A stretch of DNA of 64,000 nt from Candidatus Saccharimonadales bacterium (GTDB lineage: Bacteria > Patescibacteriota > Saccharimonadia > Saccharimonadales > DASZAF01): the NCBI GenBank assembly GCA_035945435.1, contig DASZAF010000031.1, positions 17,913 to 81,912 on the forward strand. The letters run 5' to 3'. Shown piece by piece: positions 41,390 through 50,264 of this stretch. Made by a program: the position numbers and the translations under genes. How positions within the stretch are numbered: the stretch's first letter is position 1; each line of letters opens with the position of its first letter. Under the pieces are notes generated by a model. That model ran no database searches. It was not told the DNA's origin and was given only the letters and a program-made list of their open reading frames with translations.

Positions 41390-41656
41390 ATGTGCAGGAG
41401 TATCAAACCGCTTTTCAACTTTGACCCACCACCCACTGAAGATGAGGTCCACGACGCAGCGCTACAATTTGTGCGTAAACTGTCTGGGTTTCGTAGCCCT
41501 TCCAAGGTAAACGAGCGTATTTTTAATCAAACTGTCGATGACATATCACAGACGACCAGCCACCTACTGAGCCATCTCAAGACCGATGCCAAACCTAAAA
41601 ATCGCGATGTGGAGACTGCTAAAAAACGAGCGCGGTACGCCACCCCAAATAATTGA
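41390..41656 (+). CDS. DUF2277-family small protein
   Basis: MCRSIKPLFNFDPPPTEDEVHDAALQFVRKLSGF matches my recollection of the DUF2277 N-terminus. TGaCATAAT lies 7 nt upstream of the ATG. Confidence 0.7.
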   Translation: MCRSIKPLFNFDPPPTEDEVHDAALQFVRKLSGFRSPSKVNERIFNQTVDDISQTTSHLLSHLKTDAKPKNRDVETAKKRARYATPNN

Positions 41657-41689
41657 AGCTGCAAACTTCTCGGTAACTTAGCAGCCATC

Positions 41690-41718
41690 AAAAAAGACCC
41701 TTCTTTATCAGAAGAGTC
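41690..41718 (-). terminator. Rho-independent terminator (minus-strand orientation)
   Basis: Stem 41696-41704/41710-41718 (8 of 9 bp), followed on the minus strand by TTTTTTG. Confidence 0.5.
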
Positions 41719-41856
41719 CCGTTGGTGAACCACCTCATGTTGAATTGGAACCGTATCTTGCCTGAGATTAGTGAATGGTATGAGATATTAAGACGGTTAC
41801 CTCAGGAAATACACATCCCCGTGAGAGATGGATCCGGCTTTGACCTGTAAAATATG

Positions 41857-42342
41857 TCACGTCAGGCTCCTTAATGTATCGTCTATAGCATTTAGCTGTC
41901 TCTTCACTTCAGATCTCCTTAGCGCCGTATCGTTAATCGCTTGGGCGGTCTCCCTGACCCATCTACCGAACCATCGTGCTACACGCTGCTGGTGTTGCTC
42001 GCAGCGCACACCTTTTGCCTTTGCTTCTTTCCTGACCGCTGTACTTATCAATGGGCACCTTAAACGTAGGCTTGTCTCTTCTCCTATGCCTCCCTCAACT
42101 CCTTCAAGCCTCACACTAAGACGGCAACCCTCTCCGCACGGTGGCCTTGATGCTGAAAGCTGGCTATCTACCCTTGTTCGCAGGCCAGGGAAACCTTCTC
42201 GCTCTACAAATGAAAGTTGGCGGGTATCAATTATTGCGGATAGCCACAGATGCACACTACTCCCGATCAATTTTGGGCGCATCTTTGCTACTGGATAGTT
42301 ACTTTGGGGTACTGACTCAAACCGGGTTACTTCGTTGATCAT
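41857..42342 (-). CDS. Hypothetical protein (161 aa), uncertain
   Basis: More protein-like than the antisense ORF 41828..42298. A minus-strand terminator lies downstream at 41690-41718. No SD, no family. Confidence 0.4.
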   Translation of the reverse strand: MINEVTRFESVPQSNYPVAKMRPKLIGSSVHLWLSAIIDTRQLSFVEREGFPGLRTRVDSQLSASRPPCGEGCRLSVRLEGVEGGIGEETSLRLRCPLISTAVRKEAKAKGVRCEQHQQRVARWFGRWVRETAQAINDTALRRSEVKRQLNAIDDTLRSLT

Positions 42343-42411
42343 TTCAAGACATTCCGTTTACAAGGAACACCCTACCCCATCATTTAACCCAAGTTGAGTA
42401 ACCCGTTTTAC

Positions 42412-43143
42412 CTAAGAAAGTTGCGACGTAAGTTCGATCACGGTTTTATCCACTGGCCAGTTAATAAAAGCTTCGACTTCCGCAAGTGTGTTTGGTACTC
42501 TCCCATGTTCGTTCAGCCATGTGCTACTACCGTGGATTGTATCCGTCACTATCGATGGCCCAGTGTAGTCGGCATACCAGACAGTCACCATCCGATGAGC
42601 CACAAGCTGGCCTTGGTCATAATAACGGATGTTAGCCAGCCCGAGCTCCTTAACGTTTAGAACCGTTTCAAGGTTAATATTGCGTTTATTTAAGATACGT
42701 TCAAAGGTACCTTCTAAACTATCCCCTAGCCGGAGCTTACCGAAGGGGAAACCAGTAAACCCGCGAAGCGGTGCTCTTTTAGATTCGTAAAGCAATATAC
42801 CGTGTTGACCCGAGTGTAACATCACCGACATGCCAGACGTAGGGCGTAGTTTAAGCTTCATATTCTCTAGGGACACGCTGTCTACTAGGAGTCGGCCTTT
42901 AGCGGTGAGCCTGTACTTGTCACCTATCTTCTCGACGAGATTCTGCTCCGTCACGTGACGAAGATGATAGTTAAATGAGTTGCCAGTGAGTTCTTTTGGT
43001 TTTAGATCTGAATACACACTGGAGTCGTTGATGTAAAGATGATGTAAGATGCTACGTTGAATGTGATTTAGGTTCTCGAGATCTATAACAAAGAGGTCAA
43101 GAGGAGTCTTTGAACTTGAGCTGCTGCTTTCCTGAGATGACAT
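42412..43143 (-). CDS. Winged-HTH (MarR-like) protein fused to a degenerate Nudix-like domain
   Basis: N-terminal wHTH (IQRSILHHL...FNYHLRHVTEQNLVEKIGDKYRLTAKG). The Nudix-box-like stretch GKLRLGDSLEGTFERILNKR lacks the catalytic REx2EE glutamates. Confidence 0.6.
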   Translation of the reverse strand: MSSQESSSSSSKTPLDLFVIDLENLNHIQRSILHHLYINDSSVYSDLKPKELTGNSFNYHLRHVTEQNLVEKIGDKYRLTAKGRLLVDSVSLENMKLKLRPTSGMSVMLHSGQHGILLYESKRAPLRGFTGFPFGKLRLGDSLEGTFERILNKRNINLETVLNVKELGLANIRYYDQGQLVAHRMVTVWYADYTGPSIVTDTIHGSSTWLNEHGRVPNTLAEVEAFINWPVDKTVIELTSQLS

Positions 43144-43207
43144 AATCTAGCCATATCATAACAGAGTGGCTATGGGAATCGAATTAGTGATGTCTTCGGG
43201 AGTTTAC

Positions 43208-43236
43208 ATAAAAAGCCTCTGTGAAAATCACAGAGG
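43208..43236 (-). terminator. Rho-independent terminator downstream of tRNA-Glu
   Basis: Perfect 8-bp stem CCTCTGTG/CACAGAGG (43216-23/43229-36), followed on the minus strand by CTTTTTAT. Confidence 0.6.
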
Positions 43237-43248
43237 TTGAAATGCTTA

Positions 43249-43324
43249 TGGTGACCCTATCGGGAGTCGAACCCGAGTTTTCGCCGTGAGAGGGCAATGT
43301 CCTAGACCACTAGACGATAGGGCC
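43249..43324 (-). tRNA. tRNA-Glu (anticodon CUC), CCA encoded
   Basis: Reverse complement reads GGCCCTATCGTCTAGTGGTCTAGGACATTGCCCTCTCACGGCGAAAACTCGGGTTCGACTCCCGATAGGGTCACCA. Cloverleaf folds with anticodon loop CT-CTC-AC. Confidence 0.9.
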
Positions 43325-43379
43325 GTAATCACCTTAAAAACACTGGCAATGGTAGCATAAACAGGGGCGGACGTCTAGC

Positions 43380-43799
43380 TTAGACGCGTTCCTGAGGAAC
43401 GTCTTTAGCTCCAGGTTCACGGGGGAATAGCTGACCGATGATCTTGACCAATTTACTAGGCGTAATATTGGCTTTGATAAGATATCCGTCCGCCTGAGCC
43501 TGCATGACCGCTCGTGATTCCTCATCTTGGTCAAAGTTGGTCATGATAACGACACGGGCATCACGGACGTTTTCATTGGTGCTCTCACGGATCTCCTTGA
43601 GCACCTGCATGCCGTGTTTTATCGGTAGCATGATATCGAGCAGGATAACGTCAAAACGTGTTCTGAAGGCGGTGTCGATGCCCTCCTGGCCAGTCGTCGC
43701 GATAGCCACCACGTACCCGGCCTTTTCGAGTGTCCTCGCATACATCTCACTGATGAAGCGGTCATCCTCGATAATAAGTATGGTTTTTGATCCAGCCAT
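43380..43799 (-). CDS. Response regulator, receiver domain only (139 aa)
   Basis: KTILIIEDD...VILLDIMLPIKHG...GYLIKA. No output domain. Overlaps the upstream kinase stop by 38 nt. Confidence 0.85.
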   Translation of the reverse strand: MAGSKTILIIEDDRFISEMYARTLEKAGYVVAIATTGQEGIDTAFRTRFDVILLDIMLPIKHGMQVLKEIRESTNENVRDARVVIMTNFDQDEESRAVMQAQADGYLIKANITPSKLVKIIGQLFPREPGAKDVPQERV

Positions 43800-45303
43800 G
43801 TGAGCCTCGAATTACATCCTTATTGCTATTATCTTCACTTTGCATACGCTTAGCAACCGACGCATAGGTCGGTAACCTGACGCCGAACGTCGCACCCTCA
43901 CCTTCTTCAGAGCGCACCCAGATTGAGCCGCCATGAGACTCGACGATGGCTTTGCAGAGGTAGAGACCGAGACCCGTACCTGTTATCGTCGAGCTACTTC
44001 GGTGTGAACGATAGAACTTCTTAAAGAGCTGGCTGACGACCGATTGTGGTATGCCGATACCAAAGTCCTGGACCGTCGTCTCGATAAAGTCGCCGTCAGT
44101 GTAGGCGCTGATAACGATCTCGCCACCCTCGCGGCTGTATTTGATAGCGTTGTCGACGAGGTTGGTGATGACTTCCTGCATACTGCTGATATCGGCAGCA
44201 ACTTTGGGTAGGTCGGCCGGGACTTTCAACGTCAGCGTACGGTGGTGAGCATGGGCGCGGAGTTCAAGGTCCGGCAAGTAGCCACGTAAGAGCTGTCCCC
44301 AGTCCTCTTCCTGAAGATGGAGAAAGAGATGGTTGTGGTCAAAACGGGCGACGTTAAGGATATTGTTGATGTAACCTGCAAGCTGGCTGGCGGAGACATC
44401 AAGCCGCTCGATCAACTGCCGCTGATCCGGTTCGAGCTTTGACGATAACTCGTTGGCTAGAACGTCCAGGTAGCCTCGAATAACGGTAATTGGTCCGCGC
44501 AGCTCGTGGGCGGCTAAAGCGATGAAGTCCATAGACTCATCGCTGGCGGCATACTCGGCAGTACGGTCGATAACGACAAGTGTTGTCTCGAGTCCATGCT
44601 GTTCGTTCTTCATGTAAAGGGCTACGACGTCGAAGATGCGTCTACCTGCCTGACCGGGCTCCTTATCCCCTATCCGCTGCCAGATCCTAATCTCTTGTAT
44701 CTTGTCTCGCCGGCAGTTATTAACCCAGTCAGTCAGCTTGGCCGTCAGTGGGAAGAGCAGATGAAGACTATCGAAGGTATAGTTGCCATCTTTGAGCGCC
44801 GGGAATAGCGAGCGTGAAAGCTCGTTACCGAAGATCAGTCTATCTTCGTGGTTAAAGACCATGACGGCCACCGGTAATCGGGTCAGCAGCGGCAAGGCGA
44901 TGCTCTGCTGGGCGTTCATCTTATCGAGGCGCTTACTCAGGAGCGGGTCCTTGACCGCTAGCTGGTAGACGGCCTGCACCAATGCTTTGAGACCGCTCTT
45001 TTCGGATCGGCGATCGTTAACCTGGGGAGGCGGCATATCGCCCGATTCGCTAGAGACATGCTGGATGGCCTGAGTTATGGTCGAAACGGGCTTGATCAGT
45101 TTGGAAACAATCAGAGGGGTTGTGATGACTTCGATAAAGACGATGGCAACGACGGCCAAGATGACCTCGCCCGCTCCGTTGGTCGGGTTGCTGCGTGCGT
45201 ACATCCAAACCAGCCCGCCACCAACAACTGCGCTGACAAGCTGTTGAAGCAGTAGCTGTGCTGTCGCGACGGTCCGAAAGTAGTTAAGAAATCGCCCAAT
45301 CAT
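43762..45303 (-). CDS. Membrane sensor histidine kinase
   Basis: Two N-terminal TM helices, a PAS-like middle, H-box AAHELRGPITVIRGY, G-box GTGLGLYLCKAIV. Confidence 0.9.
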   Translation of the reverse strand: MIGRFLNYFRTVATAQLLLQQLVSAVVGGGLVWMYARSNPTNGAGEVILAVVAIVFIEVITTPLIVSKLIKPVSTITQAIQHVSSESGDMPPPQVNDRRSEKSGLKALVQAVYQLAVKDPLLSKRLDKMNAQQSIALPLLTRLPVAVMVFNHEDRLIFGNELSRSLFPALKDGNYTFDSLHLLFPLTAKLTDWVNNCRRDKIQEIRIWQRIGDKEPGQAGRRIFDVVALYMKNEQHGLETTLVVIDRTAEYAASDESMDFIALAAHELRGPITVIRGYLDVLANELSSKLEPDQRQLIERLDVSASQLAGYINNILNVARFDHNHLFLHLQEEDWGQLLRGYLPDLELRAHAHHRTLTLKVPADLPKVAADISSMQEVITNLVDNAIKYSREGGEIVISAYTDGDFIETTVQDFGIGIPQSVVSQLFKKFYRSHRSSSTITGTGLGLYLCKAIVESHGGSIWVRSEEGEGATFGVRLPTYASVAKRMQSEDNSNKDVIRGSHGWIKNHTYYRG

Positions 45304-45413
45304 ATGCTTGTTTTGTCATGTGCTGGTATGACCGCTTTAAACCAGTCACCATGCCCACTCTTACTCATCGTGCCTGCCGATATTATAGGCTATTTACCTA
45401 AGGATAACCATTT

Positions 45414-46808
45414 CTAGAGTGCTTTCAGGCGATCAAGAGTTCTCTCTTTTCCAATAACATGGAGAGTTTCGAATAATCCTGGTGCAACCGTAGAACCTGT
45501 CACCCCCATACGGATAACCTTGAAAAGCGCACCCGGCTTGGTGGCAAGTCTGTCGACCAGCCCTCTCATTCGTTGTTCAAGGTCCGCTTCGCTGAAATCG
45601 CTCTCCCCTAATTCGGCAATAGTTGCTTCTACAAACTTCCTGGCAGCTGTCTCGTCAGTCTGGCTGTCCGTCAACTTCTCGATGTCAATCTTTGGGTCAC
45701 TGAAGAAGTAGCCCGTCAGTTCTGGCAGCTCGCTCAGGAACTTAAGGCGTTCGTGGAAGAGCTCGAGTACAGCCCGCCTATAGTTGTCGTCATACGCTTT
45801 GGCCGATTCGGGCCAGAACTTCTCTGAGAGCCTGTAAAGTTCGTCAAGCGAGAGCTTGCGAATATAGTGGCCGTTGAACCAGACAAGTCGTCTCTCATCG
45901 AATATGCCGCCGCTCTTCTGGACTCGATCTAGGCTAAACTTTTCAATGAGCTCCTGTCTGCTATAGATCTCTTGGTCGGTTCCGTCGTTCCAGCCGATAA
46001 GGGCCAGGAAGTTGACAATCGCATCTGGTAGAAAGCCCATTTCTCGGTATTCGAGCACAGGCTTGGCGCCGTGGCGCTTGCTCAATTTACGCCGGCCCGT
46101 CTCGTCCATTACCTGTGGCGCCGTGGCGTTCACCGGTGAGTCCCAGTTGAGGATTTCGTGTGTGGCTAAGAACTTGGGGATACTTGAGAGAAACTCCTGG
46201 CTGCGTAGAATGTGCGTGATCTTCATCTCGTGGTCATCGACAATATGCGCGAAGTTATAGGTTGGGAAACCGTCCGCTTTGATGATGATAAAGTCATCAA
46301 TCATCTCCGGGCCCATAGAGACCTTGCCCATAATGGCGTCATCCCAGCTCCAGTCCTTCGGCTCCAACTTGACCCGCAGTGCTTGTGAACCGTCCCATTT
46401 CGGTGGTGACTCTGGGCGATGATCTCGATACAAGAACGGTCGCTTCTCCACCTGTGCTTTCTCTCTAAACGCCTGAAGCTCCTCGGGCGTGTAAGGATCG
46501 GCATAAGCCAGGCCCTTCGCAATCAATTCTTCGGCCACTTGCTTATACTTTTCGAGGCGCTGTGACTGTAGGTATGGAGCGTATGGACCACCAACATCGG
46601 GTCCTTCCTGCCATTCGAGCCCGAGCCATCTAAGTGTTTCTTTTATGTTCCCTACCCCACCTTCAACCTCACGTTTCTGATCGGTATCTTCAATGCGAAG
46701 AATAAACTGTCCGTTGCTCTGTTGAGCTAGCAGCCAACTGAATAACGCTGTTCGAACGACTCCACTATGGAGTGCTCCTGTTGGGCTGGGGGCAAAACGT
46801 GTACGCAT
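45414..46808 (-). CDS. gltX: Glutamate--tRNA ligase
   Basis: RFAPSPTGALHSG..RTALF (HIGH region) and KLSKRHG (KMSKS). Confidence 0.95.
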   Translation of the reverse strand: MRTRFAPSPTGALHSGVVRTALFSWLLAQQSNGQFILRIEDTDQKREVEGGVGNIKETLRWLGLEWQEGPDVGGPYAPYLQSQRLEKYKQVAEELIAKGLAYADPYTPEELQAFREKAQVEKRPFLYRDHRPESPPKWDGSQALRVKLEPKDWSWDDAIMGKVSMGPEMIDDFIIIKADGFPTYNFAHIVDDHEMKITHILRSQEFLSSIPKFLATHEILNWDSPVNATAPQVMDETGRRKLSKRHGAKPVLEYREMGFLPDAIVNFLALIGWNDGTDQEIYSRQELIEKFSLDRVQKSGGIFDERRLVWFNGHYIRKLSLDELYRLSEKFWPESAKAYDDNYRRAVLELFHERLKFLSELPELTGYFFSDPKIDIEKLTDSQTDETAARKFVEATIAELGESDFSEADLEQRMRGLVDRLATKPGALFKVIRMGVTGSTVAPGLFETLHVIGKERTLDRLKAL

Positions 46809-46861
46809 ATTGTCCCAAGTATGACCTACTGGCCACCCTTAAAGCAAGATAGCTGCCCTGG

Positions 46862-47389
46862 CTATTCCTGGATGTAGTTGAGAACGGTGTCGGCAACTGC
46901 CTCGGGTTGCGGCGAACTGTCAATCAAAATAACTCTGTGACGCCGACAAAACTCTTGGAAACGCTGATTCCATGCGAGTAGTTTCTGCAACTCTTTTGAG
47001 CCGTCCGACCATCTATTGGGATTACGTTGCCTGAGTCTTTTCGTGAGTGTCTCGTCGTCGACATGTAGGCCGAAACATCGCTCAAATGAGCCGAAAAAAT
47101 CCCGGTCATTCTCTGCCCCACCACAGAAAAAAGCGATCTCATTGCCCACTTCTGCTAGGAGTTCTTTCATCTTGTCGGTGTCCCATACGCGTCTATGGGA
47201 TAGCGCCCAGTCATGCTGGTAAGGGTGTTCGGGCACCTTTGCTATCTGCCTGCTACTTCTAAGGTCTGTCCAGTCAATGAGACGATCTACAAAATCTAAG
47301 TCCGTGACATGAAAACCACGTCGTTTAAGTTCTCGCCCGACAGTCGTTTTGCCTGAGCCTGCCGGTCCAAGAATTAGATATGCACGCAT
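46862..47389 (-). CDS. P-loop kinase-like ATPase (AAA_18/adenylate-kinase-like)
   Basis: Walker A LGPAGSGKTT at the N-terminus; 175 aa. Confidence 0.6.
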   Translation of the reverse strand: MRAYLILGPAGSGKTTVGRELKRRGFHVTDLDFVDRLIDWTDLRSSRQIAKVPEHPYQHDWALSHRRVWDTDKMKELLAEVGNEIAFFCGGAENDRDFFGSFERCFGLHVDDETLTKRLRQRNPNRWSDGSKELQKLLAWNQRFQEFCRRHRVILIDSSPQPEAVADTVLNYIQE

Positions 47390-47392
47390 AAC

Positions 47393-48571
47393 TTACATAC
47401 TAGTTGCGATATTGAGGATCTGATCACTAGAGAGGTTGGCATTACCGGCTACGCTGTAAAAGATGCCGCCGTTAACCCAGGCAGCGTCTCCATTATAGAT
47501 ATAGATTGTCAGCCCTTCATCTTGATAGGTCATGTAGTTAGAGCTCTGTTTGGTAACATAGTTCTGCAAAAGAGCCTGTGTATCCCAAGTCGACTGACGC
47601 TGCGTCAAAGTATATGCCGTCGCCGGTGCCGCGTTCGAGCCGTATTTCAATTGAATCTCACCAGCGGTATAAGCTACTGGGCCGGTCAGACTATAACCAG
47701 ATGGTTTGTAGGCTGGCATGGTGGCTGAGAAGCCGGCTCTATTTGCAGCAATACGTAGCGAGATGTTAGGGATATTGAGATAGACAAGGTAGCCAACAAA
47801 GAGCAAGACAGCCAACGCACCCGTGGCTGCTGAGAGAAGCTTCGGCTGCTTGGCAAAGAACTGTTTAACGCGGTGTTCGTGTCTGTCGGCCTTATGATGG
47901 CTGCCGTGTATCGTCTCAGGTTGCGACTTGGAGTGGTCAGCCAACATATGCTCCAGCTTCTCGGACATTGCCTGTGAACCTTCAGCGCTATGCGGCTGGA
48001 TAGCCACGTCCTGGGCGACTGCGGCAGGAGTCAACTGCGTTAGAGCAGCAGACTTCTCGACGGCTTCATCTTTAATGGGCTCAGGAGCAACCGGTTCTTC
48101 TTTTTTGGTGGCAAAGTGGTTGATCGCCTGATGCCGTGGTATGTTGGCAGCCCTGTTGAGATGAGATGGAGCTCTGTGAGCTACGATGTCGTTAACTGGG
48201 CCTGCCGATGGCGCAACGGCTCTGTGCTGAACTCCTTTGTAGAGTGCATGAGTTCGTTCGGGCTGCCGGTGGATAGATCGCGCCTGAACGTCAGCAAAGG
48301 GAGCGGTTGCTTGCTGGTGATGAGCGGCGTGATGAGTAGGCGGGACTTGGTGTGCATGATGAGTAGAAGCCGAAACTGAGGCTGACGGTCGGTTGACCGG
48401 AGTAGCTGGTCTCACTATGTCACTGACGACACGTGTCGGTTGCGCGGCAGGTGAAATCTTCACCTCTTGAGAAGGTGTCTTTGGAACCCTATGGTGTACT
48501 ACTGGGAGCCCCGTCACCGCATCGTATGTTTTGCCATTGATAACAAGGGCGTTTTGTTGTTTTTGCTTCAT
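47393..48571 (-). CDS. Single-pass membrane protein, His/Pro-rich cytoplasmic half, conserved-looking extracytoplasmic C-domain (DUF4367-like?)
   Basis: TM LLSAATGALAVLLFVGYLVYL. The C-terminal ~130 aa resemble anti-sigma-type DUF4367 (weak recollection). Confidence 0.55.
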   Translation of the reverse strand: MKQKQQNALVINGKTYDAVTGLPVVHHRVPKTPSQEVKISPAAQPTRVVSDIVRPATPVNRPSASVSASTHHAHQVPPTHHAAHHQQATAPFADVQARSIHRQPERTHALYKGVQHRAVAPSAGPVNDIVAHRAPSHLNRAANIPRHQAINHFATKKEEPVAPEPIKDEAVEKSAALTQLTPAAVAQDVAIQPHSAEGSQAMSEKLEHMLADHSKSQPETIHGSHHKADRHEHRVKQFFAKQPKLLSAATGALAVLLFVGYLVYLNIPNISLRIAANRAGFSATMPAYKPSGYSLTGPVAYTAGEIQLKYGSNAAPATAYTLTQRQSTWDTQALLQNYVTKQSSNYMTYQDEGLTIYIYNGDAAWVNGGIFYSVAGNANLSSDQILNIATSM

Positions 48572-48749
48572 ATTCTATCTAAATTATGCCCCAACTCTAC
48601 ACATCCGAGTTACGCGCTTACGCTAGTCCTATGGTAATCGAGAAACGTGTCTGCATGCAAGTCTTTTTGCGTTATACTGTGTAGAAGATAGCCGACCGAA
48701 GTCTGAATATAAATAGGACTGAAAATATAAAGTAAGGATATTCCCTCAC

Positions 48750-50264
48750 ATGCCTACATTCAGACCCACGCTCAGGGTCAATCTTGAATCGAAGCGCGTT
48801 CAGATGGCTGTTCGCTTCTTCACCTATGGTCTGATGACGGCCGTAACGGTTGTCTTAAGTGCCATCGTTCTTCTGCTGGCGCTTGGTTACCGCTTCAATC
48901 GCGATACGTTGACGTTCGTAAGAGACGGGCTGGTCCAGCTCTCGACAGCACCCGTTAATGCCAACTATGTCTTCAATGGCGGTAAGTTGCATATGGGATC
49001 GGCACCGGCTCGACTAACCCTTAATTCAGGGCTCTACCATATACAGCTTAGCTATCCTGGCTATAGACCGTGGTCAAAGGACCTGACCGTTATCGCCGGC
49101 CATGTCCATTGGATAACGTACCCCCGTCTCATACCGATCAGCCTTCACCCATCCCAACTCAAGAAATTTGATCAACTCTCATTTGCCGAGGTTTCGCCAA
49201 ACGGACAGTGGCTGCTGCTCTACTTCGACCAGGGACCCAATAATAAGAATCAGATTGAGCTAGTTGATCTGAGCAATCCGAAGAAGCTGGTCTACTCTAC
49301 CCTCACGCTGCCTGCCCAGACGCTGACACAACAGTCGGGACCAGTGCCCGGAGATCTGTCGTTCCTCGAATGGTCACTCGACTCTCAGCATGTCCTTTTG
49401 AAATACACTGCAGGTACTACGGCGGACTTTCTCTCGCTCGACATCACTGATCCTTCGGCTGTCGTCAACCTGACGCAGCTCTTCCAGTTGCCGATTGCAG
49501 AGGTGCACTATAGCGGAAGCGACCCGAACACGATCTATGCCTTAACGTCAGACAATGTCCTGAGGAGCCTGAATGTCTCATCAGATGAGGTAACCGGTGC
49601 CCTGCTTGACGGTATCCGGCAGTTTCAGGTCTACGGCAGTGACGAGATTGTCTACGATCGGACCTTTTCGGCCAACGGTTCAGCTGGCTCGCAGCCTGTC
49701 CAACAGACGGGACTGCTAATCGGCGGCACGAAGACGATTGTCGAGACCCTCCCGGCTACCCATAATGTCTTCGTCGACTACAACGAATTTGATAATCACA
49801 GCTATTTCGTTGTCTCGGATGCCACCACCCATACGGTGACTGTCTGGCAGGACCCGCAGAACCCTGCTACCACTCAGCCTTTCCTGACAATCAACGATAT
49901 CGCTCCGCAGTACGTTGACTTTGATGCAGCTGGTCGGTTCCTGTTGCTCCAGCAAGGTGGCCACCTTATCGTCTATGACTTCTATGAGAGCCAAAAGTTT
50001 GATTACAACCTGCCATTCTCGCTACCGGCAGCTCAAGACGTCTACTGGATCGACGACTTCCACCTGGCCGCAGCTATCGACGGTCAGCTAGAGATGTGGG
50101 AGTTTGATGGCACGAACTACGAAGAGATGATTCCTTCTTCCTCAAGTCTCTACGAAGAGTCGATACTCGATAACGGCAACGACATGCTCTATAGCTTCTC
50201 TACCCCATCAAAGAGCAAGCCTGGGAACATCGGTTTCTACCAGACGAACCTGAAATTACATTAG
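48750..50264 (+). CDS. Membrane-anchored PEGA-domain protein with a beta-propeller-like C-terminal region
   Basis: N-terminal TM, then a PEGA-like segment GSAPARLTLNSGLYHIQLSYPGYRPWSKDLTV, then a long beta-rich region. Confidence 0.6.
   Translation: MPTFRPTLRVNLESKRVQMAVRFFTYGLMTAVTVVLSAIVLLLALGYRFNRDTLTFVRDGLVQLSTAPVNANYVFNGGKLHMGSAPARLTLNSGLYHIQLSYPGYRPWSKDLTVIAGHVHWITYPRLIPISLHPSQLKKFDQLSFAEVSPNGQWLLLYFDQGPNNKNQIELVDLSNPKKLVYSTLTLPAQTLTQQSGPVPGDLSFLEWSLDSQHVLLKYTAGTTADFLSLDITDPSAVVNLTQLFQLPIAEVHYSGSDPNTIYALTSDNVLRSLNVSSDEVTGALLDGIRQFQVYGSDEIVYDRTFSANGSAGSQPVQQTGLLIGGTKTIVETLPATHNVFVDYNEFDNHSYFVVSDATTHTVTVWQDPQNPATTQPFLTINDIAPQYVDFDAAGRFLLLQQGGHLIVYDFYESQKFDYNLPFSLPAAQDVYWIDDFHLAAAIDGQLEMWEFDGTNYEEMIPSSSSLYEESILDNGNDMLYSFSTPSKSKPGNIGFYQTNLKLH

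Noticed and set aside
42002-42041. Minus-strand GGTCAGGAAAGAAGCAAAGGCA resembling SRP RNA domain IV
   Set aside because: It lacks the GGAA tetraloop context and the symmetric/asymmetric loop pattern, and it lies inside the more likely 161-aa coding frame.
41828-42298. 156-aa plus-strand ORF
   Set aside because: Ser/Leu/Cys/Arg-rich antisense-type composition. A minus-strand terminator downstream supports transcription of the opposite strand.
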